Shown here: one piece after another, positions 12,277-26,100 of the stretch
Layout: each line of letters starts with the position of its first letter
How positions within the stretch are numbered: position 1 is the stretch's first letter
Assembly: GCF_009914755.1 (NCBI RefSeq)
Contig: NC_060933.1
Direction: 5' to 3' (one strand)
Source of the DNA: the human T2T-CHM13v2.0 reference genome, Homo sapiens
Length of the DNA: 64,000 bases
Translations under genes and position numbers: made by a program
The notes under the pieces: model-generated
Seen by the model: the letters and a program-made list of their open reading frames with translations, nothing else
Told to the model about the DNA's origin: nothing
Databases searched by the model: none

Positions 12277-13720
12277 CTTTACTGACTTATAAAATTTAGT
12301 TTTTCTATTGTTTCTGAAAGAGGAGAAAATCTTTCCATTTTAAAATCTCTTTTAATTTTGTATCTATCTGTTTCTTTGCTTAATTCTGTCAGTTTTTGCT
12401 TTATCTATTTTGAACTCCTATTCATAAAAACATACATAATTATGATTATGTCGTCCCACTGGGAGAACTTGTATTATTTTCAAAACTTTCTTTATCTTTG
12501 GTAATATTCTTTGTCTTGAAGTTTGCTTTATGTATTATTAATATAGCCAATGAAACCTTCTTTTGGTTAGCATTTGCATGACATAAATTTCTTATCTTCA
12601 TTTACTTTGAATTTATTTGTGTCTTTAAGTTTAAAGTGCAACTCTCATTAACAACATATAGTTCCCATGCTTTGTCTTAGAATCTCTGCATTTTTGTAAG
12701 TATTTTTATTTAAAGTACACCTCTAACAGACAGCACATGGTTGGGTCCTGCGTCTACTTTTTGTCCAGAGTTTTTAAATTGGGTGTTTATATTCTTTATA
12801 TTTAATGTAATCATCAATATGGTTTGATTTAGATCTCCCATTTTATTGCATGTTTTCCATTTATCCCTTTTATTATTTTTTTTTCTTCCTCCATTCCTTT
12901 TTTACTCTCTATTTTGGCTTATTTGAATATTTTTCACATTTTATTTTATCTTTCATTAGCTGTTTACATTCAAATTTTATTTTATCTTTTACCTCATTAT
13001 CTGTTTCCTTTACACTCCAGGGATTACAGTACACATATTTACCTTTTATAGCCAATGTAAAGTTAATATTGCACCTCTTTACATAAATTGTAGAAGCACT
13101 GCAAGTATATAGGCCTTATTACCAAGGGCCCACTACTTACGTTAAAGTGTTTATATATACTATATGTACTCAGGTTACAACTACAATAATATAAGTTTTA
13201 ATTTTTGCTTAAAACAGATATATTTATATATATAATTGGAAAAAAGAGCATTTTGTATTCATCTGGATATTTACCATTTTAAACATTCTTCATTTCTTCC
13301 TGAGGATCCAATTTGTATCTACTACAATTTTTCTTCAGCCTCAATAAACTGATTTAGTTTCTTTAGCATTTCTTAAGATGCCAGTCTGCCGTTAATTTTT
13401 ATTCATGTATTTTGAAATTCTCTTACTGGTTACCATTAGAATTATTATAGCTTTTTGATGAGTTGACCTAGTTTTTATTATAAATGCCTCTCTTTGTCCC
13501 TGAAATTTTTCCTTGTTCTGAAGTCTGCTTTGTCTGATTTAATAGGACCATTCCAAGATTCTTTCAAGTAGAGTTTTCAGGGTACAACTTTTTCCATTCT
13601 TTAATTAATTTTTAGCTTATGTCTTTATACTTAAAGTTGGTTTCCTGTAGACAGCATACATATGTAGGTCATAGTTTCCATCCAATCTGACAATCTTTAC
13701 TTTTATTGGAGTGCTTGGAA

Positions 13721-14028
13721 CAGTGCTATCCAATAAAAATGTGAATCACAAATATAAGTCACATATGTAATTTTAAAAAAACTTTAGTAGATACACAAAA
13801 ATCGAGTGAAAAATTAATATATTACTTTATCCACACATATTCAGAATATTATCATTTAAGCATGTTATTAATGGAAAAAATATATTAATGAGATATGTAA
13901 CAATATTTTAACTTACACTAAATCTTTGAAATTCAATGAGTGTTTAACACTTATTTCACATTTTAATTTAGCCTAGCCACAAATTATACACCTAATAGCC
14001 AAATGTGACTATAGTGTTGGATAGCACA
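13721..14028. mobile_element. MER33 (hAT-Charlie)
   Basis: Terminal inverted repeats CAGTGCTATCCAA and TTGGATAGCAC; internal CACATATGTAATTTTAAA and TAGCCAC motifs. Confidence 0.8.
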
Positions 14029-15271
14029 TTATATCCAGTGTGGATATCAACTATGTGGAGGTTAATTCTTTCACCTTGCTCTATATTTTATAGTTGTTCC
14101 ATATATTCTCTACTTTTCCCCCAGTATTCCAATTGGTGAGCTTAGGAAATTAATTTAATGATTATATTGTGCCTCTGCTGTTATCTATAACACGTTTTAT
14201 TTTCAGTGATTACTCTATGGTTTATCATATACATGCTTAGCTTGTTAGTCTTTGTTAAGACACTATTATCACTTACATACAGTGTTAGACCTTCATAGGA
14301 GTGTATCTTCATTTCCACTTTTCCTTTCTGTGTTATTGTTTGTCGTATAGTTTATTCCACTAATGCTATACAGCTCACCATGCATTGCTATTATTTTTGC
14401 TTTAAACAGAAAATTATCTTCTAAAGAAGTTTTTTAAAGTAAAAAAAGTCTCTTTTTGTATATTCGCTATTTCCTGCACTCTTATCCCTTTTGCAGATTG
14501 AACTATATATTTGGTATCCATTAATTTTTGTCTGAAATTTTCCCTTTAGCATTCCTTTCAGTGCAGGTCTTCTTAAATTTTCTCAAATTTCGTTGGTCTA
14601 AAAGTCTTTATTTTGCCTTCAGTTTTGAAAGATATTGTCATGGGTGTAGCATTCTTTTTTTTAGTATCTTAAAATATCATTCCAATGTCTTCTGGCTTTC
14701 ATAGTTTCTGACAACAGGTCTCCTTTAATTTTGCCTCTTGTTTCTCTCTTAGGCATGCGTGTCTTTTTGTCTCTGGTTTCTTTTAGGACTTATTCCTTAT
14801 CACTGATTTTTCAGTGATGTTATTACCACATGCCTTGGTATTGCTTTCTATCATTATTATGTTTTTTTTTTTTCAGATTTACTGAAGCTGTATGTCTATG
14901 ATGGTCATCACATTTGTAAATTTTTTTTTACCATAATTGTATAACTTTTTTCCTGCCTTGTTCATTTCCTTCTCTCTGGAATTCTTATTACAAATCTGAT
15001 AGCATGCTTAATAATGTCATTACATATTTTTTCCTCTTTAAGTTCAATGACTTTTCCTACTCTAGTGCCTAATTTGCTTTTAATCCCACTCAATGTTTCT
15101 TTTTTTCATTCCATATATGGAATTTTTATCTCTAGCCATTCAATTTGAATTTTGTTTACAAATTCATTATGATCTTTCTTTCTGTTTAAGACCTCATTAT
15201 ATGCATGTTTTGTTTTATGCTCTTTCCCGTATTTCCATATTAATGACACCTATTTTTTAAATTCACAGGCT

Positions 15272-16002
15272 ATTTTTTAGAACTGCTTTAGGTTTATTAA
15301 AAAAAAGTAGGCAGAAAGTACAAAGTTCCTATATACCCTCTCCCCCAACATTTTAAGTTTCCCCTATTCTTAATAGTGTGGTATTAGATTAGATCAGTGT
15401 GGTTAACTTGTTATAATTGATGAACCCATATGGATACATTATTATAAACTAAAGTTCATAGTTTAAATTTGAGTTCCCTCTTGTACAGTTTTACAGTTTT
15501 TGACAAATGTATTGTGACATGTATCCACCATTACTGCTTGCTACAACATAGTTACGATGTCTTTAAAAATCCTCTTTGCTCCACTTATTCATCCCTCCCT
15601 CCCTCCTTGAATCCCTGGTAAACACTGCTCTTTCTACTTTGTCTTTAGTTTTGCCTTTTCCAGAATGTGATACAGATTGAATTATCCAATATGTTGCCTT
15701 CAATTGGCTTCTTTCACTTACAAATATGTATTTAGGACCCTTCATGTATTTTTGTGGCTTGATAGCTTATTTTCTTTTTTGCTGAATAATATCCCATTTT
15801 AAGTGTATATCACAGTTTATCTGTCCACCTATCGGTTGCTCCCAAATTTTTGCAATAAGAAAGCTATTTTAGACATTTATGTTCAGGATTCTGTGTGAAA
15901 ATCAATTTTGAATTGAATCAGGTAAATACCTAGGGCCACAGTTGCTAGATCATATGGTAAGACTATCTTTAGGATTCTAAGAAACCACCAAACTGTCTTC
16001 CA
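15272..16002 (-). mobile_element. L1MC1-like 3' end
   Basis: TTGATGAACC...ACATTATTAT...AAAGTTCATAGTTTA and AAAAATCCTCTTTGCTCCACTTATTCATCCCTCCCT. Confidence 0.85.
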
Positions 16003-16197
16003 AATAAAAATGAAGATACAACTCATCAAAATTTGTGAGCTGTAGCAATAGCACTGTTTCAAGAGACATTTACAGAAGTGAATGCATATACTAGAAAACA
16101 AGAAAAATCTCAAATCAATAATCCTAGCTTTTATCTGAGAAAACTTAACTTAAAAAAAGGAGAAAATTAAATAAAAAGTAAAGGGAAAAAAGTAATA
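16003..16197 (+). mobile_element. L1 ORF2 fragment in the opposite orientation
   Basis: AAATGAAGATACAACTCATCAAAATTTGTGAG and TCTCAAATCAATAATCCTAGCTT match sense ORF2 just after the endonuclease. Confidence 0.75.
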
Positions 16198-16204
16198 ATG
16201 CTGC

Positions 16205-18790
16205 TTGCTGCATCTGTCAATTACCTATAGAATGATAAACAGTCTCCAACTATCATAGTGGGTTTGCACATTTCTCCTTGTAGTTTTATCATTTTTGCCA
16301 TGCATATTTAGACTGTCCATTGTTAGGCACATACACATTAAAGATTTTATATATTCTTGGAGAATGGACCACTTGGTCATTATGTAATGGCCTTCTTTAT
16401 CACTGATAATTTCCCTTATTCTGATATCATCTTTGTATGAAATTAGTATAGCAACTCCAGCTTTTTTCTCATTAGTTTTGGCATAATATATCCATCTCCA
16501 TTCCATTACTTTTTATCTATTTATGTCTTGATATTTAAAGTCCTTTCTTGTAGAAAACATGTAGTTTTCTTTAATTCACTCTGATAATACTTATTTTTAA
16601 TTATTGTATTAACCGTTTATAACAAAGTGATTACTAATATGGTTGAGTTAATATCTACCATACTTGTAACTATTTTCTATTCACTCCTGTTTTTCTTTTT
16701 CTTTCTTTCTTTCTTCTTTCTTTCCTTCTTTCCTTCTTTCTTTCCTTCTTTCCTTCTTTTATCCTTTTGTCCTTTCTCTAGTTTTAATTGAGCATTTTAC
16801 ACTATTTCACTTCCTTTCCTCTCTTAGCACATCAATTATATTGCTTTTCTAAAAAAAAATTTAGTGCTTTTCCTAGATTTTGCAATATACACTTACAACT
16901 AAATACATTTTCAAATAACTCTATATCACTTCATGTGTAGTACACAAATTGTATAACAATACATTCCTATTTTTCTCCCTTCCTTATAATATGGACCTCA
17001 CTAATTTCACTTATCCTTAACCAATAATCACCATATATATTGTTGCTATTAGTGTTTGACACAAAGTATTATCTGTTAGATAAACTAAGAATAAGAAAAA
17101 AATATATTTTATTTTATTTTTTCTCTAGTGTCTGTCTTTTTCTTTCCCTCCCTCCCTTCCTTCCCATAGCTCTGTTTCCAACCTTATTTTCATTCTCCCT
17201 AAAAGTAAATATTCCAACCTATATTATTCTGACCTATATTGTATTCACTCACCCTGAAAAACTTCTTTTAATATTTCTTGCAAGGCCAGTCTCCTAGTAG
17301 CAAACGTCCTCACTTTTTGTTTGTTCGGGATTCACATTATGTATGTGTTAGCTCACCTGCAGTTGACCCACAGTTCTTTTGATCTTCTGCTCCACGGTTT
17401 TTATTCTTTATTCTCATTTCATTTCAGTTTTGGACGTTTCTGTTTACGTATGTTCAAGCCCTCAAATTTTTTCTTTTCCATATCTTGTCTACTGATGAGC
17501 TCATCAGAGGCATTCTTCCTTTCTATTATACTGTTTTGATTTCTAACATTTTTTTCTTATTCATTCTTAGAGTGTCCATCTCTCTGCTTACATTATCCAT
17601 CTTTTCTTGTATGTCATCATTTTTTTCATTAGATTTCTTAACATAGTAATTATATATTTTTTAATTCCCGGCCTGATAATTCCAGTGTTTCTGCCACATC
17701 TGGGTCTATTTCTGACGCTTTTTGCTGTATCTTCAAACTGCGTTTTTTTTTGTATCTTTTAGAATCTCTTGTAATTTTTTGTTGAAAGCCATACATGATG
17801 AACTGAGTAAAATGAACTGGGATAAAGAGGCCTTTAGTGTGAAGTTTTATGGTTATCTGGCTGAGTTAGGCTGTGTTTGTTGTTTGCTATACATATAGAG
17901 GTCAGCGGCTAGAATTCCCTTTCTTGTCCTTGTTTTTGTCTCACATGTTACCTTTGGGTTTTACTGGAGATTCCTTCTTAAAAGAGCATGTGAGCCTCAG
18001 ATTTCTTTTATCTGTAACCCACTGTTATTATACAGGAGCCTGGTTGACATGTCAGTAAACTATGGGGTTAGGGAAGTTACAATTCAATCCTATAATTTGG
18101 TTCCAGTCTTTTACTGAGCCTGTGTTTCTGGCCTATAAATTTCCCCCATGCCCTCAGGGGAGACAAAATGGCTGAGGGACTCAGGACTTGGGTATTTCCC
18201 TTCTCCCATATCAAAGGCCAGAGGGAGCTAGAATTAGATATTCCCTTTCTCTAAATTGGTTAAGCTGTGGCAAAACCCAAGGCAATTGGCTCTGTTAAAA
18301 TAGTTTATTTTGAGGGTAGTCCTTTGTTAAGTAGAACAGAATGTTCTGGACTTACTTCAGATTAAAAACTTTCCTCTTCCACTATGGAAGCAAAAGAGAA
18401 ATTTTCCCCTATGTTCACCCTGAGAAGCTGATGGGACTACTAAAGGTAAAAATGCTCATCAATGTGGGGTATCTTATAAAGCTGTTTCTCATGCAGTTTC
18501 TAACTTTCAAATTAGTCCTCACTGGGCCTCTGACAATTCATCAATTATGGTTTAAACATTCCTACCAGAACTGGGTTGCAGCGGGCTTCTGCTCTAGAGT
18601 GTCTGCTCCTAGTAAACTGTGATTCATAGGATATGACTCTCTCTCCAGTTTTCAAGTTACATTGTGGTTTATCCTGTGATCTCAATTCTCTGATGAATCT
18701 ATAAACGTTGTTGATTTTTAGCTTGTTCATCTTTTCTCTTTTTGAATGTATAAATTGACAATCCAATCTCTACACATTGGACTGGAAACT
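16205..18790 (-). mobile_element. L1MC/MD-type 5' portion (endonuclease start, ORF1 remnants, 5'UTR)
   Basis: ORF 16225-16506 (KKAGVAILISYK...DKEGHYIMTKWSI) is the L1 endonuclease; L1MDa-like 5'UTR at 17830-18790. Confidence 0.8.
16690..16778. repeat. (CTTT/CCTT)n pyrimidine tract
   Basis: Directly visible. Confidence 0.9.
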
Positions 18791-19074
18791 AGATCATAGT
18801 TTTTTAGGCCTTTGTATGTTAATTCCTTTATCTTATTTCTGCATTTGTTTCAGTTGAATTATATTTCTCCTAATCCAAGTTTGTTTTTTTCTGCTTTTTT
18901 GATTGCCTAGTAATTTTTGACTGAATTCTGGACATTGTTAATTTCTTATTTTCCAATGATAGACTTCTTGCCTTCTTTTAAAGATCCTTGTACTTTGATC
19001 AGGCAGTTACATGTAGGTGATACTTATCTTTTCAAGTTTTTTTTCTTTTTCTGAGAAAATTTAATTTTTTAAAA

Positions 19075-20010
19075 AAATCATTTATTTTAAAATAAATTTT
19101 ATTACGTATATTTAAGGTATACAATGTGATGTTATGAAATATATGTAGATTGTAAAAAGTTACCATAGTGGAACAAATGAACATATCTATCCTCTCACAT
19201 AGTTACCCATTTTTTGTTTTTGTTTTTATGGCAATAACAGTTAAAATCTATTCATTTAGCATGAATTCCATGTATGGTAAAATTTTATTTCCTATAGTCC
19301 TCCTGTTGTATATTAGACCTCTAGACTTGTTCATGGTATATATCTTATACTTTGTATCCTCTGACTTATATCTCCCAATTTTCTCCCTTCCTCCTCTGCC
19401 CCAGAACCACTGTTTTGTTCTCTTTCTATATTTGAGTTTTTAAGAATCCTCATTTAAGTGAAATCAATCATGTAATACTTTTCTTTCTTTGTCTGGTTTA
19501 TTTCATTGTCCTCCAGTCTCATCTATGTTGTGTTAAATGAGAAGATCTTGTTCTTTTTTAGGGCTGAATAATATTTCATTATTATTTTTATGGGATATAT
19601 AGAAATATACCACAGTTTCTTTATCCATTCATCCCTTGATGGACAGTTAGGCTTTTCCATATCTTAGCTATTATGAATAATGCTGCAATGAACATGGGAG
19701 TGCAGACATTTTTATGAGGTGATGATTTCATTTCCTTTGGGTATATTCCCAGAAGAGAGATTACTGAATCATATGGTAGTTTTATTTTTAATTGCTTTAG
19801 AAAACTCTATTCTCTTTCCCATAATGACTGTATCAAATTTACATTCCATCAACCATATATAAGAGTTCTTTTTTCTGCACATCCTTGCCAACATTTGTTA
19901 TCCTTTCACTTTGATAACAAGTTAAATCATCTCCTAACAGGTATGAGATGACATCTCATGGTGGTTTTGATTTGCATTTCTCTGATGATTAATGATGTTG
20001 ATTACCTTTC
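19075..20010 (-). mobile_element. L1MA9-like 3' end
   Basis: TATATTTAAGGTATACAATGTGATG, CTCACATAGTTACC and ATTAGACCTCTAGACTTGTTCAT. Confidence 0.85.
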
Positions 20011-20027
20011 AAGGCTTTTGACCTTTG

Positions 20028-20158
20028 TTTTGTTTTTGTTTTTTGAACTTTTTACCCAATCAGTAATTTATCCACTCTCATCTGCTCTCACTCTCCCCCA
20101 TTTTGTAGTTTCCAATGTCTATTAGCTCCATCTTGATGTCCATGTGTATCCATTGTTT
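20028..20158 (-). mobile_element. Short L1PB-like 3' fragment
   Basis: TTTCCAATGTCTATT...TGTCCATGTGTATCCATTGTTT, flanked by a possible TSD TTTTGACCTTTG / TTTTAACCTTTG. Confidence 0.6.
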
Positions 20159-22573
20159 TAACCTTTGCTAATGTGTTCAGAGGAACCTTGGTTTTAAGGC
20201 TAATTCTCCTTTATTACCAAGGCCCAATGTTTCTGAGTACTCTACCCAATTCCCCTATGAATTAGGTCTCTCCTGTCTGCTCTTGAGAATACAAATTATT
20301 TCCATCTTTCTGTGTGAATTCCAAAAATTCTTTACCCTCTGGCTTTTCCTATTGTTCTTTCTAGAACTTCATGACATTTTATCCAACATTTATGCAGATC
20401 AATGCTCAGCTAAAAACTCATGTTTTTTTTTTGTTTTTTTTTTGTTTTTTTAACCTTCTGCAGGTCTTTGAACCCTTCTCATCGTGCAGCTTCTGCTCTC
20501 ATATTTTTCCCCATAAGTTCTTGACACTCCAGCTTTCCAGTGCCTTGATCCCTGTCTCCTTAACTCTGTGGGATTACATGGCTCTGCTTGAGTTTCTACC
20601 CCTGGCCTCTGCTTCAGTAATCAAGCTAGGGTAATGGTAATGGTAATGGTCAATTCATACGTTTTCTTCTATCACAATTTCATGCTCCTAGAAGTCTGAA
20701 CACTCTTGTAAATTTTTTTTTCTGGTCTCTAGTTATGGCCTATTCCTATAGCAGTTAGTCCTTCACAGACCTTTGGCGATGTCTCTGTCCTCACATACAA
20801 CAACCATCTAGATGTGTGGTCATCCTGTTAATTTAGGAAAAAATGTTATTTGGAAACTGGTCTTGTCTGATAATTGTTGATAATGAATAAAGGTAATTCT
20901 TGATTCCAAACCATTTATATTCATTGTTCAAATATCAGTGAAGTTTGTCTTCATTAATGCAATGAATTCATTTAATATAATTTGCACACTGTAGAGGAAC
21001 TGGAGAGTTAGCTGCCAACCAGCCATTAGAAGATTTCTCCTTATTTTTCTTATAAGCTAGAAAATTCTAGAAATATACATTTCTTCCTTTCCTTTTTAAA
21101 ATAAAAACTTATCTGTTGTCCACTTGGGGACATATCTTTTGTTTAAGAGCATTTGTGGGACATGTAAAATCTTACCAAATCATTTTTTTCCAGAGAAAGC
21201 AAACTGAAGGTACTATTTATTTGTTATGCTCCACTATTCAATACTATAAAAAATAAAAGAAAAAGCATCTAAATTATTCTATTTTCATCAGTTATTTTAC
21301 ACAGAAAAACTATACAATTAGAGTTGAATTTCATAATTACTTTTTACTCCAAGATGGAAAATGTGTAGTTAATCAAAAGAGAGTACTGCAAGATTTATTT
21401 TTTGCTACCTATTTTCTAGCACATAAAATAGATGGAGAGGCATCCTTAAATCAGCACACCTCACCTTCCCAATCCAGTCACTACTTATTACAAGTTTGAT
21501 GTAACCCAAAATAAAGTTTACTAGCAAACTATTAAATATAGGCAAATTGTCTTTTTCAACACTGTTAGTTCAGTGATGAGAACCAAGTTTTAAAATAATT
21601 GATATTTGGCTCTAAGTTATTGCAATGGGAATGGGTAAATTTGCATCATGAATCCACAACACTTGGAGTAAAGAGTAATTATGAAATTCAAATAACCAAA
21701 TTCAGTTTACCTAGGATGGTTTTGTTATGGACACACACATCCATGCTCAAAATTCAGCATCACAGGGAAGCAATAAAGCTAGTCAAAGAAAATATACTGA
21801 AGGTGGAAAGACACGTATCAGTGACTCAATGTATCAGGTCAGCATATATGTGAAACGGTGATTTTGGACTTATCATATAGGGGACTGAAACATTTTAGCC
21901 TATCTCTCCTCAGAGTAAAATTCCACCATGGAGAGGAGGAGCTTCATGAGGAGTTCCAAAGAGCTGTAACATTGCATGAAAGATCTAAGGACGAATTTAA
22001 TATCTCACTCTCAGGTCTTGGGTACTGGGAGGAGTAGAAAGATAAATAATTGTCCTTTGACTTTAATGATCCATTGTAGATCTGCACAAAGCAGAATATC
22101 TGTAGTAAAGTATAGATAAGAAATTCAGCTCTAGGTAGATTCAGGTAAAACTTGAAATAAGCATTCTTTCATGTTGGATTGCGTTCTTCAGCGTCAAGAG
22201 TAGTTTTCTTTTTTCAAGCTCAACCTTTACATCTAGATAGACAGAAAATAAAATAAATATAATCAAAACCATTTACAAGTTGCCATTCACTAATATTGTC
22301 TATTTAGTTGAGTAGGATTATCATATCACATGCTTCTATGTCCCTTGCCATTCTGTCCTTACACAGATATGTCTTTGTTTCTTCTTTCTGTTTTTCACAG
22401 CCATCAGGTAGGCAATTGACATTTCTAGTGTAATGAAAGAGAAAATAGAGACACAATAAAAATAAGCAAGTTAAGAGAGTTTATAATCATAGCTACCAAA
22501 CTCTGTATTCCTAGTTTGTTTATTTATTCACATATTTGCACTATCTCCTGGGCATATATAAAATAGAGACAAG

Positions 22574-23199
<626 letters not shown>

Positions 23200-26100
23200 A
23201 AAAATAGAGACCTGAAAATGAAAGATGACATATACATTCATTACCAAATATAGAGACAGAATAGACTTATTACAGATTACGACTGCCTCCTCCTCTCATC
23301 CCTCCTTAGTAAATGTAGTTCTTATATAGAGGGTACAGTTATCTCATCCTAAATGTTTAAGTCTAACTCATGAGAAACACAGATTTGGCATTAAGAGTAA
23401 TAACAACATTTTTTTCTAACATTCAATATCATTTCCCATCAATTATCTTACTAAAGTTTGCTTTGCAACTATATTACTCTCACTTTTTAAATATCACTGG
23501 CAAACTGTAATATAATTCCTGGACCTTGGTTCAAAGCTTTACAGAAATCTACTCATGAAAATCTCTTCTGCATAATACATAACATGTGGATTTCTTGGCT
23601 TAGGAAGAGACCTTTAGAAGGCATGATTCTTTAATAATGTACCATAAAGAAAATGTTTTCAAAGTATGTTTAAGATAAAAATAATCTAATTATATAATTA
23701 TGGATAGAGAAAGAAAGAGCTCTATGTGGTTAGCCTGGCTCTAACTATGAAAATATGCTTTTCATGGAATTGGCATAGTTTACCAACTAAGACCACAAAT
23801 ATTAAATTGCTCATCATAGGTGGGCTTTCTGTAAGATTTTAATTATGGACAGCCAATGACTGCTCACATATCAATTCAGCTTGAAATCAAACATGGCTGT
23901 ACTTCCTATATTAAGTGCAATTTAAAGAAAGATCACATTTGATTCATATGTAAATTGCTGGCAAAAATTCTAAAGCTACTTGTTGGCCCATTCTTCTTCT
24001 TTGGTAGCCAGGGTAGGAACACATTTTGCCAATGTGAGAAGTTTCTCCATTTTCATGGATTGGGAGATTAATTCCAAACTTAGGAAATACTTTTGGTTTT
24101 TTATGTTGTTTACACTTAACAAAGCACAATTTCCAGTTTCGACAAAAAAATATGGACTTAAATACTTTCTGAGCAAATAAACACATAAATATTAAAAAGA
24201 CTTGCAGGACTAAAAAATAAGAAAGCCATATAAATCTCTTTTGGTTGCACAAGTATACATAACTTAGAAATTTAAGGATCTAGTTTTCTTTAATATATGC
24301 CTGGATTTAAAGATTACAGGGAAAAAAAGTATTGAAAAAATAAATTTGATGTTTTATTTTAACTATTATTTATAAAATAATTTATGAAGACATGACTTCA
24401 AAACATAGCTGTGTCATCCTTTTCTAATTCATGTATAACAAATGGCAACACTTTAAATATGTCTGTCTTTCATAACATGATGCATGTTTTCCCTCCCCAT
24501 AAAAACCTCAACTCATGTATAACAGTATTTTTAACTAATAAAACTGCAGTAATCCAAAGAAATTTAGACATGTATAAACTAACTAAATAGATACAGTTTT
24601 TCATTTGACATTACTTCAAAATTAAGGTTAGCAAAATATCACCTGGGACTAATTTTCTGAGGCTCAGACTGTTCCGCTCTATGTTTGTAAGGAATGAGAA
24701 ATGAATGAAGAATTTTTTCTCTCTCAAAGATTTTCAACTGGGCAGTGGCTAAAAAAGAATCAGTCATAGGAAGCCATTTTGAAAATTAACAATCTTTTCA
24801 GTGGAAAGTGATGTTTTAGTTTATCTCTTTGGATTTTATATATCTAATGCATATGTATAGACCCAAGAAGCCTACTTGTGGGTGTAGAACAATTTTAGAG
24901 CTTGTTTTTTAAAGTATAAAATTCCTAGTGTAGAAATTTATATAAAAATAAACAGATGGAAGGCAAAAGAACATGTGGCCCACAATTTTTAAAATTGGAA
25001 AAAAAATTATTTTTCTTGATTCATATTGGAATAGCAACCATAAATGAGGACAATTAGCAGCTTTTCTTTTCCCTTTGATTCAGTAAAATGTTTGTTTGGC
25101 TGAAGTAATCAGAATATAAATTTTCCCTGTAAGGGAGTTGCAGAGAATAGTGTATTGGAATTTTATTTTCAACATTTTTTTCTTTTGCAAAAGAAAGACC
25201 AACAGAAAATTGTTGTGGTTAATAAAATAGGATTCATAGTAATAGTGATATCACATGTCTAATGTGAACCATAGCAGCTTTATCCAGGGCAATAACCCTT
25301 CTCCTTTTTTGTACACTTATTTTGTTCTATACCATCCAAATAAATATGCCTCACTGCAATTCCACTTTCCTTCAAATATTGTTTTCTACAGATCATTTCC
25401 AGAGAGCTATATAGCTATTTTTTGCCACTGATTAGAAAGAATAGGCACAACTTTTTTCCCACTGCTATGTTTTATTTGCTTTGTAAGATTTTTCTTGTGA
25501 CCAAATATGCCAAAGTATTGTATAATATTGGCATGTTAAAATCTAAATATTTGAACAAAATTTGAGCAATATTTAAAATGAATCAATTTGTAAATTGTCT
25601 AGATATTGGAGAAAAACAAGGTGAAGGATTAGCTTTCCAATTTATATCAGGATACAAATGAAAACCACTAGGTCTTCTCAAAACTTACACCATTTCTCCA
25701 TGATCAAGATAGCTGACCTGTTAGTTTACTTCTGATTTCAGTTTTAGCAATGTCTTAATTGGAAAATGGCAAAACAATGTTGTCATTGCAAGACTTCCAG
25801 GAGTGCATCTGTTTCTAATGTACAGTGCATAATTTAATGACGAGACACTTCAGTGGTCTACCCACTGCAAATCTCAGTTGTTAAATATGTCTGGAGCAAG
25901 ACGTCTTTAAATAGTAGGCACTTTTTTGGTACATTAATTTCCTCACACTCAGAAGCAGAAAATGTGATTCTAGCTGTCACTTTGTGTAAAGCTCTGTTTA
26001 CTTTAAAATACTATTTACAGCCTAAATGTCTTGTTCAAACTGATTAACTACAGTGGAATTTAAACTTTTATAAAACCTGTTTATTATGGTTAAGGGTTTC

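Larger units (their letters stand above)
11745..15250 (-). mobile_element. Fragmented ancient L1 (L1ME/L1M5-type) with nested elements
   Basis: T-rich antisense ORF2/ORF1-like segments, e.g. TTATGGCCCAGAACATGATCTATCTTGGTG and TTTCCTGTAGACAGCATA. Confidence 0.7.
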
